Source: Macrostomum hystrix (lineage: Eukaryota; Animalia; Platyhelminthes). Taken from it: DNA of 64,000 nt. Both the position numbers and the translations under genes were made by a program. Of the stretch, positions 1 through 11,069 are shown piece by piece; the first letter of the stretch is position 1, and the number at the start of each line of letters is the position of its first letter. The stretch lies in NCBI GenBank assembly GCA_950097015.1, contig CATNEN010000001.1:10974001-11038000 (forward strand). Reading direction: 5' to 3'. The notes beneath the pieces were generated by a model that had not been told where the DNA came from, ran no database searches, and worked only from the letters and a program-made list of their open reading frames with translations.

Positions 1-2233
1 CATCTCCCACTGTTCCCTCTCCCCCTGTTCCCTCTCCCCCTGTTCCCACTCCCACTGTTCCCTCTCCCCCTGTTCCCACTCCCCCTGTTCCCTCTCCCCC
101 TGTTCCCACTCCCCTTGTTCCCTCTCCCCCTGTTCCATCTCCCACTGTTCCCTCTCCCCCTGTTCCCTCTCCCCCTGTTCCCTCTCCCCCTGTTCCCTCT
201 CCCACTGTTCCCTCTACCCTTGTTCCCTCTCCCACTGTTCCCTCTCCCACTGTTCCCTCTCCCACTGTTCCCTCTCCCACTCTTCCCTCTCCCCCTGTTC
301 CCTCTCCCTCTGTTCCCTCTCCCCCTGTTCCCTCTCCCACTGTTCCCTCTACCCTTGTTCTCTCTCCCACTGTTCCCTCTCTCCCCTGTTCCCTCTCTCC
401 CCTGTTCCCTCTCCCCCTGTTCCCTCTCCCCCTGTTCCCTCTCCCCCTGTTCCCTCTCCCACTGTTCCCTCTCCCCCTGTTCTCTCTCTGTTCCCTCTTC
501 CCCTGTTCCCTCTCCCTCTGTTCCCTCTCCCACTGTTCCCTCTCCCCTGTTCCCTCTCCCCCTGTTCCCTCTCCCACTGTTCCCTCTCCCACTGTTCCCT
601 CTCCCCCTGTTCCCTCTCCCCCTGTTCCCTCTCCCTCTGTTCCCTCTCCCCCTGTTCCCTCTTCCCCTGTTCCCTCTCCCACTGTTCCCTCTCCCCCTGT
701 TCCCACTCCCCCTGTTCCCTCTCCCCCTGTTCCCACTCCCCCTGTTCCCTCTCCCCCTGTTCCATCTCCCACTGTTCCCTCTCCCCCTGTTCCCTCTCCC
801 CCTGTTCTCTCTCTGTTCCCTCTTCCCCTGTTCCCTCTCCCTCTGTTCCCTCTCCCACTGTTCCCTCTCCCACTGTTCCCTCTCCCCCTGTTCCCTCTCC
901 CTCTGTTCCCTCTCCCCCTGTTCCCTCTCCCCCTGTTCCCTCTCCCTCTGTTCCCTCTCCCCCTGTTCTCTCTCTGTTTCCTCTTCCCCTGTTCCCTCTC
1001 CCTCTGTTCCCTCTCCCACTGTTCCCTCTCCCACTGTTCCCTCTCCCACTGTTCCCTCTCCCCCTGTTCCCTCTCCCTCTGTTCCCTCTCCCCCTGTTCC
1101 CTCTCCCCCTGTTCCCTCTCCCTCTGTTCCCCCTCCCTGTGGTTCCTCTCCCACCGTTCCCTCCCCCTGTTACCTCTCCCTGTGTTCCCTCTCCCCCTGT
1201 TCCCTCTCCCCCTGTTCCCACTCCCACTGTTCCCTCTTCCCCTGTTCCCTCTCCCTCTGTTCCCTCTCCCCCTGTTCCCTCTCCCCCTGTTCCCTCTCCC
1301 ACTGTTCCCTCTACCCTTGTTCTCTCTCCCACTGTTCCCTCTCTCCCCTGTTCCCTCTCCCCCTGTTCCCTCTCCCCCTGTTCCCTCTCCCCCTGTTCCC
1401 TCTCCCCCTGTTCCCTCTCCCCCTGTTCCCACTCCCACTGTTCCCTCTCCCCCTGTTCCCACTCCCCCTGTTCCCTCTCCCCCTGTTCCCACTCCCCCTG
1501 TTCCCTCTCCCCCTGTTCCATCTCCCACTGTTCCCTCTCCCCCTGTTCCCTCTCCCCCTGTTCTCTCTCTGTTCCCTCTTCCCCTGTTCCCTCTCCCTCT
1601 GTTCCCTCTCCCCCTGTTCCCTCTCCCACTGTTCCCTCTCCCACTGTTCCCTCTCCCACTGTTCCCTCTCCCACTGTTCCCTCTCCCACTGTTCCCTCTC
1701 CCACTGTTCCCTCTCTCCCCTGTTCCCTCTCCCCCTGTTCCCTCTCCCCCTGTTCCCTCTCCCCCTGTTCCCTCTCCCCTGTTCCCTCTCCCCCTGTTCT
1801 CTCTCTGTTCCCTCTTCCCCTGTTCTCTCTCTCTGTTCCCTCTTCCCCTGTTCCCTCTCCCACTGTTCCCTCTCCCACTGTTCCCTCTACCCTTGTTCTC
1901 TCTCCCACTGTTCCCTCTCTCCCCTGTTCCCTCTCCCCCTGTTCCCTCTCCCCTGTTCCCTCTCCCCCTGTTCTCTCTCTGTTCCCTCTTCCCCTGTTCC
2001 CTCTCCCTCTGTTCCCTCTCCCACTGTTCCCTCTCCCACTGTTCCCTCTCCCACTGTTCCCTCTCCCCCTGTTCCCTCTCCCTCTGTTCCCTCTCCCCCT
2101 GTTCCCTCTCCCCCTGTTCCCTCTCCCTCTGTTCCCCCTCCCTGTGGTTCCTCTCCCACCGTTCCCTCCCCCTGTTACCTCTCCCTGTGTTCCCTCTCCC
2201 CCTGTTCCCTCTCCCCCTGTTCCGTCTCCCCCT
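1..2233. repeat. 15-bp pyrimidine-rich minisatellite (TTCCCTCTCCCCCTG)n, probably intronic
   Basis: Continuous tandem array with variant units (CCCACTG, CCCTCTG) and duplicated higher-order blocks. It ends about 55 bp before a 3' splice site. Confidence 0.95.
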
Positions 2234-2287
2234 GATCCTGACCAATTTCTCAGTTAATAAATCACAGCATCTTGTTTTGTTTCACAG

Positions 2288-2727
2288 CTAATCGTGCTGA
2301 GAGGCATAGCTATGTCAACAACAACAGCGGCAGTGCTGTTAACAATGGTGTCGACAATGACGACCATTACAGCCGTCGACGTCGACCTGACGGCTCGCCA
2401 AATCCGAGCGGTGGTGGCGGCGGTGGGAATCTGGCTAGCGACTCGTGCCTAGCTACTGGCGTAGTAGTCAAACCCGGCGACAATCATCGGCTACTTCACG
2501 GCTGCAGTAACAGCAGCGGCAGCAGCGACCATCGCCGGCGTCAGAAACATCGAAGTGTTGACGGAATCTTGGCCGCTGGTGAAACTGCAGTTGACAGCGC
2601 TGGCGGCGCCAACGCTGCTACTGCTGCTGCTGCTACCCGCAGTGACTCATCAGCCTCTCCAACCTCGTCGCAGCCGCCTCCTCTGCCGCTGCATCAGGGT
2701 CGGATATCTCATGTGCCATTCATTTGA
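2288..2727 (+). CDS. Probable terminal coding exon of an unidentified upstream gene (low-complexity Gly/Ser/Ala-rich C-terminus)
   Basis: Acceptor TTGTTTTGTTTCACAG ends at 2287. The GC-rich frame is open to TGA at 2725-2727. No recognisable domain. Confidence 0.55.
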
Positions 2728-2766
2728 AATTGACTGACTGAATAGGCTTGACTAGCAAAATCACCA

Positions 2767-3212
2767 AGCCTCCATTGGATTTAGGGTTAGAATGGATTGC
2801 TAGTCCAGCCTCCATTGGATTTAGGGTTAGAATGGATTGCTAGTCTAGCCTCCATTGGATTTAGGGTTAGAATGGATTGCTAGTCTAGCCTCCATTGGAT
2901 TTAGGGTTAGAATGGATTGCTAGTCTAGCCTCCATTGGATTTAGGGTTAGAATGGATTGCTAGTCTAGCCTCCATTGGATTTAGGGTTAGAATGGATTGC
3001 TAGTCTAGCATCCATTGGATTTAGGGTTAGAATGGATTGCTAGTCTAGCCTCCATTGGATTTAGGGTTAGAATGGATTGCTAGTCTAGCCTCCATTGGAT
3101 TTAGGGTTAGAATGGATTGCTAGTCTAGCCTCCATTGGATTTAGGGTTAGAATGGATTGCTAGTCCAGCCTCCATTGGATTTAGGGTTAGAATGGATTGC
3201 TAGTCCAGCCTC
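2767..3212. repeat. 40-bp minisatellite x~11 containing TTTAGGGTTAG
   Basis: Near-identical units AGCCTCCATTGGATTTAGGGTTAGAATGGATTGCTAGTCT. Confidence 0.95.
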
Positions 3213-4189
3213 TTGAGCAATGCCGATGCCAGTTTCTTTTTAAACCGAATTATTCCTCTCTAACTGATAATTATCGTGCCTAATGATTTATAATAAACAT
3301 ATCTAAAATTTGAGTATGCTTTGAAACTTTCCCATCTGATTTACAAAATATGTACACTCGCAAAGTAAAAACCATTTCGACTTAAAAATACATTTTCCTA
3401 GTTTTTTTACACATTTTGTTGCTACAATCTACAATTTGTTTCACTCACTTTTTCTTTCTGCTTCCAAATCAGCCGTTGCTTGTTTGCTTTTCTACTTCAG
3501 CTAAATTTTTAAATTGTTGGGTCTTTGAGACTGCTGCTGCTGCTGTTGCTGCTTTTTTGAAACTTTGTAGAGATGAAATATTGTGGAATTTAAGAAGCGT
3601 TCCTTGATGAATTAAAAGTACAACATTACGAATAGAAACAAAAAATGATTAAAAAATGAGATTTTTATCCAATAGAAATATTACTTTCAGTAGTAAGCTC
3701 CATGTAAATACTCAAGTTTAAAATCGCAATCGACTTTCAAAGTTTTATTGCTTATTTTCTATGCAACTATGTCATTTTCTTAATTTATCAAATAGAATTC
3801 AATAAAGGTTGTCAGTGCGCCACGATTTGCGAATTCCGATTGTCTGATTAATTTCCCTGATAAAAAATCCGAGTTATAAACCTCCTGAAACTGCTGATTT
3901 TTTATTTCGACAAAAGTTTATTTTTCTAAAGAAATTATCCAGTGTTTTTTTCACCCACACTCCTTATCGTAGCACGCGATTGTTAAGTTGAAATCAGAAA
4001 TAAATCTGTTTGTTTTCAAATTTATTTTGTGACTTGTTTTACTATTTTGTATTACCGTACGTTTAAAGTGACATTAGGTTGAAGAGACCGACAATAATAG
4101 AGTGACAATGGAGTGACAATAGAGTGACTGAGAATCGAGTGAAAATGGATAGACTAAGAATTGGGTTAAATTGAAGAGTGAGATTAGAG

Positions 4190-6781
4190 TAGCGATAGGG
4201 AGTGAGATTAGAGTGACAATGGAGACAGTGAGATTAGAGTGAGATTAGAGTGACAATGGAGACAGTGAGATTAGAGTCACAATGAAGACAGTGAGATTAG
4301 AGTCACAATGAAGACAGTGAGATTAGAGTGACAATGGAGACAGTGAGATTAGAGTCACAATGAAGACAGTGAGATTAGAGTGACAATGGAGACAGTGAGA
4401 TTAGAGTGACAATGGAGACAGTGCGATTAGAGTGGCAATGGAGACAGTGAGATTAGAGTCACAATGAAGACAGTGAGATTAGTGACAATGGAGACAGTGA
4501 GATTAGAGTGACAATGGAGACAGTGAGATCAGAGTGGCAATGGAGACAGTGAGATTAGAGTGACAATGGGGACAGTGAGATTAGAGTGGCAATGGAGACA
4601 GTGAGATTAGAGTGGCAATGGAGACAGTGAGATTAGAGTCACAATGAAGACAGTGAGATTAGTGACAATGGAGACAGTGAGATTAGAGTGACAATGGAGA
4701 CAGTGAGATTAGAGTCACAATGAAGACGGTGAGATTAGAGTCACAATGAAGACAGTGAGATTAGAGTGACAATGAAGACAGTGAGATTAGAGTCACAATG
4801 AAGACGGTGAGATTAGAGTGACAATGGAGACAGTGAGATTGGAGTGAAATTAGAGTGACAATGGAGACAGTGAGATTAGAGTGAAATTAGAGTGACAATG
4901 GAGACAGTGAGATTAGAGTGAGATTAGAGTGACAATGGAGACAGTGAGATTAGAGTGAGATTAGAGTGACAATGGAGACAGTGAGATTAGAGTGACAATG
5001 GAGACAGTGAGATTAGAGTGAGATTAGAGTGACAATGGAGACAGTGAGATTAGAGTCACAATGAAGACAGTGAGATTAGAGTCACAATGAAGACAGTGAG
5101 ATTAGAGTGACAATGGAGACAGTGAGATTAGAGTCACAATGAAGACGGTGAGATTAGAGTGACAATGGAGACAGTGAGATTAGAGTGAAATTAGAGTGAC
5201 AATGGAGACAGTGAGATTAGAGTCAGATTAGAGTGACAATGGAGACAGTGAGATTAGAGTGAGATTAGAGTGGCAATGGAGACAGTGAGATTAGAGTGAC
5301 AATGGAGACAGTGAGATTAGAGTGGCAATGGAGACAGTGAGATTAGAGTGGCAATGGAGACAGTGAGATTAGAGTGGCAATGGAGACAGTGAGATTAGAG
5401 TGGCAATGGAGACAGTGAGATTAGAGTGACAATGGAGACAGTGAGATTAGAGTCACAATGAAGACAGTGAGATTAGAGTCACAATGAAGACAGTGAGATT
5501 AGAGTGACAATGGAGACAGTGAGATTAGAGTGAGATTAGAGTGGCAATGGAGACAGTGAGATTAGAGTCACAATGAAGACGGTGAGATTAGAGTGACAAT
5601 GGAGACAGTGAGATTAGAGTCAGATTAGAGTGACAATGGAGACAGTGAGATTAGAGTGAGATTAGAGTGGCAATGGAGACAGTGAGATTAGAGTGACAAT
5701 GGAGACAGTGAGATTAGAGTGGCAATGGAGACAGTGAGATTAGAGTGGCAATGGAGACAGTGAGATTAGAGTCACAATGAAGACAGTGAGATTAGAGTGA
5801 CAATGAAGACAGTGAGATTAGAGTCACAATGAAGACGGTGAGATTAGAGTGACAATGGAGACAGTGAGATTGGAGTGAAATTAGAGTGACAATGGAGACA
5901 GTGAGATTAGAGTGAAATTAGAGTGACAATGGAGACAGTGAGATTAGAGTGAGATTAGAGTGACAATGGAGACAGTGAGATTAGAGTGAGATTAGAGTGA
6001 CAATGGAGACAGTGAGATTAGAGTGACAATGGAGACAGTGAGATTAGAGTGACAATGGAGACAGTGAGATTAGAGTGACAATGGAGACAGTGAGATTAGA
6101 GTGACAATGGAGACAGTGAGATTAGAGTCACAATGAAGACAGTGAGATTAGAGTCACAATGAAGACAGTGAGATTAGAGTGACAATGGAGACAGTGAGAT
6201 TAGAGTCACAATGAAGACGGTGAGATTAGAGTGACAATGGAGACAGTGAGATTAGAGTGAAATTAGAGTGACAATGGAGACAGTGAGATTAGAGTCAGAT
6301 TAGAGTGACAATGGAGACAGTGAGATTAGAGTCAGATTAGAGTGACAATGGAGACAGTGAGATTAGAGTGAGATTAGAGTGGCAATGGAGACAGTGAGAT
6401 TAGAGTGACAATGGAGACAGTGAGATTAGAGTGGCAATGGAGACAGTGAGATTAGAGTGACAATGGAGACAGTGAGATTAGAGTGGCAATGGAGACAGTG
6501 AGATTAGAGTGGCAATGGAGACAGTGAGATTAGAGTGGCAATGGAGACAGTGAGATTAGAGTGGCAATGGAGACAGTGAGATTAGAGTGGCAATGGAGAC
6601 AGTGAGATTAGAGTGACAATGGAGACAGTGAGATTAGAGTGGCAATGGAGACAGTGAGATTAGAGTGGCAATGGAGACAGTGAGATTAGAGTGGCAATGG
6701 AGACAGTGAGATTAGAGTGGCAATGGAGACAGTGAGATTAGAGTCACAATGGAGACAGTGGGATTAGAGTGGCAATGGAGA
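4190..6781. repeat. 26-bp minisatellite (AGTGAGATTAGAGTGACAATGGAGAC)n with 11-bp sub-duplications
   Basis: About 2.6 kb tandem array that ends just before the RNase H1 5' acceptor. Confidence 0.95.
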
Positions 6782-6863
6782 GAGTTCTGACTGATACTCA
6801 CTTGCCACCCATTGCAGCAGCAGTTTCATATTGGCATTCGTCATTCTGCAACGGCTCATCAAC

Positions 6864-9155
6864 ATGCCTTTCTACGCCGTTAAGCGCGGTTTAGTCACGG
6901 GCGTGTTTAACACCTGGCTGGAGTGCCAAGCTCAGGTGACAGGATTCGCAGGGGCCAGGTACAAGAAGTTCTCCACTGCTGAGGAGGCTCAGTGCTTCGT
7001 ATCGGCGCCGCACACGCCGCCTAGAGTGAGCTCCAGCGGCAAGTCAAAGGGACCGCCCACCATGGCAACCGTTGCTAAGGCAATTTCTAGCGGCTTCAAT
7101 TCGGGCAGCTTTGTTGCCGCCGTCTGTCAAGACGGAGCTGTAGTGGCTACGGTTGCTAAGCAGCAGAGGCAACAACCGCCGCAACAACAACAGCATCAGC
7201 AACCACAAAAGGTTTTCGTTGAAACTGCGTCTTTACATTTTTGTTGCAGACCATAATTCATGTCCTATTGAGCCATTTGAAATCCCCTCACTAGGCCACT
7301 CTCCCAGTTCCTTTATGTTCAATAGGCCCATCCAACCATTTTCAGAAATGCAACCCATAATCCTACAGTAACATCCACAAGATCCTTTAGGAGCACACAC
7401 TAGATCCTTCAGAAACACTGCTCAGGATCCTTCAAGAATAGTGCTCAGGATCTTTCAGAAGCACTGCTCAGGATGCCCCAGAAACACTGCTCAGGATCCT
7501 TCATAAAGACTGCTCAGGATCCATCAAAAGCACTGCTCAGGATCCTTCAGAAAGGCTGCTCAGGATCCATGATAAAGACTGCTCAGGATCCTTCATAAAG
7601 ACTGCTCAGGATCCATCAAAAGCACTGCTCAGGATCCTTCAGAAGGCTGCTCAGGATCCATGATAAAGACTGCTCAGGATCCTTCAGAAGGCTGCTCAGG
7701 ATCCATGATAAAGACTGCTCAGGATCCTTCAGAAGGCTGCTCAGGATCCATGATAAAGACTGCTCAGGATCCTTCAGAAAGACTGCTCAGGATCCCCATC
7801 AAAACCACTGCTCAGGATCCTTCAGAAAGGCTGCTCAGGATCCATGATAAAGACTGCTCAGGATCCATCAAAAACAGTGCTCAGGATCCTTCATAAAGAC
7901 TGCTCAGTATCCATCAAAACACTGCTCAGGATTCTTCAGAAACACTGCTCAGGATTCTTCAGAAACACTGCTCAGGATTCTTCTGAAACACTGCTCAGGA
8001 TCATTTAGGACCATTATCTAACCTAATCTAATCTCCTGGCAACAAAAAACTCACCTTTGTCAGGCAACAAAGCGCAAGCGGTCACCAACTCCGCCGCCAA
8101 CAGCGAATCCGCCGCTGATAGTGTACACAGACGGCGCCTGCCATAGCAACGGTCGCGACAACGCCCGGGCAGGCATAGGGGTGTACTTCGGCGACTCGCA
8201 TCCCTGGAATGTGGCTGAGCGGCATCCGGGCCGGCAGACTAACAATGCCGCTGAGATCGCCGCCGCCAAGAGGGCCGTTGAAATTGCCGAAAGAGAGGGC
8301 GTGGAAAATCTGGAGGTTTGATCTGGCCCCTTTTTCTTAGTATGAGATATGAGAATGTGAGACTAGATATCAAAATTGTTAGATTAGATATGAGATTGTG
8401 AGACTAGATATGGGAATGTGAGACTAGATATCAAGATTGTTAGGTTAGATATGAGATTGTGAGACTAGATATGGGAATGTGAGACTAGATATCAAGATTG
8501 TTAGGTTAGATATGGGAATTTTGCACTAGATATGAGATTGTGAGATTAGATATCAAGATTGTTGGATTAGATATGAGAATTTTGGACTAGATATGAGATT
8601 GTGAGATTAGATATAAAATTTGAGACTAGATATGAAACTTTTGGACTAGATATGAGATTGTGAGATTAGACATCACGATTGACAGACTACATATTAGACT
8701 GTGAGACAAGATAGAGTTGGTGAGACTGAGTATGAGATGTAGAGTTGATTTTGAATTAGATTTATCAAATAAGATTGAGACTTTGTTACTAGAGACATGT
8801 GCTGTGATGTCAGAATACGAGAGTTGTACGCCGCAGTGCAAAATGGGCTGAATAAGGCGAAACCTGTGAATTTCAGGTGCGCACAGACAGCCAGTTTCTG
8901 ATCAGCTGCCTGACTGCCTGGCTGCCGAAATGGCGCCGGAACGGCTTCCGCCTAGCCGACGGCGGCCCGGTGCGAGTCAGGCAGGAAGTCGAAGCCCTGG
9001 CCGACCTGCTGGAACAGACCAGGGTTCGGGTGCATTTTAGGCACGTTCGCGGCCACTCTGGTAACCATGGCAACGAGATGGCCGACCGGCTGGCCAATCA
9101 GGGCGCCGACGCGCCGTTGCTAGGCGACGGTGGCAACGGCGACGCTACTGTCTGA
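6864..9155 (+). CDS. RNASEH1: Ribonuclease H1 (3 coding exons: 6864-7211, 8064-8315, 8877-9155)
   Basis: N-terminal hybrid-binding domain [45 protein letters not shown]-like motif. Catalytic motifs [36 protein letters not shown] (D-E-D-D). Both introns are GT-AG and phase 0. Confidence 0.95.
7415..8005. repeat. ~22-23-bp degenerate minisatellite (ACTGCTCAGGATCCTTCAGAAA) in RNASEH1 intron 1
   Basis: Repeated CTGCTCAGGATCC core. Confidence 0.9.
8340..8740. repeat. ~20-bp degenerate minisatellite (GAGACTAGATATGAGATTGT) in RNASEH1 intron 2
   Basis: Periodic TAGATATGAGATTGTGAGA units. Confidence 0.8.
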
Positions 9156-9173
9156 TGACTGCGGCTTTGAGTG

Positions 9174-9174
<1 letters not shown>

Positions 9175-9208
<34 letters not shown>
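9175..9208. repeat. (GATT)n microsatellite in the RNASEH1 3' UTR
   Basis: About 8 GATT units followed by TATAAA. Confidence 0.9.
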
Positions 9209-9369
9209 TATAAATATTCTGCCATGCCTTTATTCTCTGCGTCATTAACCCTACCTCCTCCTTTACCCTGATTCATTCTACAGTTCTCATCACTTGACTT
9301 TCTAGTCTTAGCACGCTACTCTGCACCCTCTAAGGTCTTGTCTGCTCTCAATTGTCTACTCCATACCCC

Positions 9370-10445
9370 ACCTCTACCAATAATCTACTCTCTACTCCAC
9401 CTCTACCAATAATCTACTCTCTACTCCACCTCTACCAATAATCTACTCTCTACTCCACATCTATCAATCTACTCTCTACTCCACATCTACCAGTCTACTC
9501 TCTACTCCACATCTATCAATCTACTCTCTACTCCACATCTATCAATCTACTCTCTACTCCACATCTACCAGTCTACTCTCTACTCCACATCTATCAATCT
9601 ACTCTCTACTCCACATCTATCAATCTACTCCTACTCCACATCTATCAATCTACTCTCTACTCCAACATCTGCTAATCTACTCTCTACTCCACATCTATCA
9701 ATCTACTCTCTACTCCAACATCTGCTAATCTACTCTCTACTCCACATCTATCAATCTACTCTCTACTCCAACATCTGCTAATCTACTCTCTACTCCAACA
9801 TCTACCAATCTACTCTCTACTCCACATCTACCAATCTACTCTCTACTCCACATCTACCAATCTACTCTCTACTCCACATCTACCAATCTACTCTCTACTC
9901 CAAATCTGCTAATCTACTCTCTACTCCAAATCTGCTAATCTACTCTCTACTCCAAATCTGCTAATCTACTCTCTACTCCAAATCTGCTAATCTACTCTCT
10001 ACTCCAAATCTGCTAATCTACTCTCTACTCCAAATCTGCTAATCTACTCTCTACTCCACATCTACCAATCTACTCTCTACTCCACATCTACCAATCTACT
10101 CTCTACTCCACATCTACCGATCTACTCTCTACTCCAAATCTGCTAATATACTCTCTACTCCACATCTACCAATCTACTCTCTACTCCACATCTACCGATC
10201 TACTCACTACTCCAAATCTGCTAATATACTCTCTACTCCACATCTACCAATCTACTCTCTACTCCACATCTACTAATCTACTCTCTACTCCACATCTACC
10301 AATCTACTCTCTACTCCACATCTACCAATCTACTCTCTACTCCACATCTACTAATCTACTCTCTACTCCACATCTACCAATCTGCTCTCTACTTCACATC
10401 TGCCAATCTACTCTCTACTCCAAATCTACCAATCTACTCTCTAAT
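9370..10445. repeat. 26-bp minisatellite (TCTACTCTCTACTCCACATCTACCAA)n
   Basis: Tandem array of about 40 units. Confidence 0.95.
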
Positions 10446-10716
10446 CTCTACACTATTTTATTTTTCTAGTTCTAGTTTACTCTCGTCTGCAACTAGTAAA
10501 TGAACCGGTACCAACGCTAAATCACATCTATTAGATTGCGGAACATGCAGAATTAGACAAGTTTCATCATCGATCATTGCAATACTTACTAAATATTTTT
10601 ATCAATCCATTCTATTTTTCTACTCGTATCGGTAGTTATAACAGGCCAATTCTGGCTGCTAATACAATGCAGTATCTGTTGCTGTTATTTGTAAAGGCTT
10701 ATGTCACCTGTTGTTA

Positions 10717-10936
10717 ATAATAATGATAATAATTATTGATTGCACCTGCCTGGACTGGACTGGGGAGCGCGCCTCACCCAACCTCAATCATCCATTTAAC
10801 AGCTGGGTTAACTGAAGCAACGCTGAGTTTAAGTGTCTTGCTAAAGCACACAAATTGTTACAGTTGAGTCGGGAATCGAACCCCCGACCTTCAAATCGTG
10901 AATGCGACACCCTAACCACTAGGCTACGACCCCCAG
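10717..10936 (-). mobile_element. tRNA-derived SINE with CORE-like central domain and 8-bp TSD
   Basis: On the minus strand: A box TAGCCTAGTGGTTAGG, B box GGTTCGATTCCC, then GTGTGCTTTAGCAAGACACTTAAACTCAG..CTTCAGTT...CTGTTAAATGG (CORE-like) and an (ATT)n tail. Flanked by TGTTGTTA at 10709-10716 and 10937-10944. Confidence 0.85.
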
Positions 10937-11069
10937 TGTTGTTAGCAATAATCATGAAGCTATTTATATGAATTATAATTGTATAAATATATATTCAAGT
11001 ATGATTAAGTACAGATTTTTCTATCGTGTTGTTACTTAGTTCTCATTTAATACTATTAGCACTAATCCA

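Noticed and set aside
115-2291. Long ORFs (706, 519, 372, 369 aa) of PLFPL/VPSP/GEGT repeats
   Set aside because: Translations of a stop-free 15-bp minisatellite, open in several frames on both strands.
10865-10936. tRNA gene
   Set aside because: The acceptor and anticodon stems do not pair well, and the sequence continues into a SINE body with tail and TSD.
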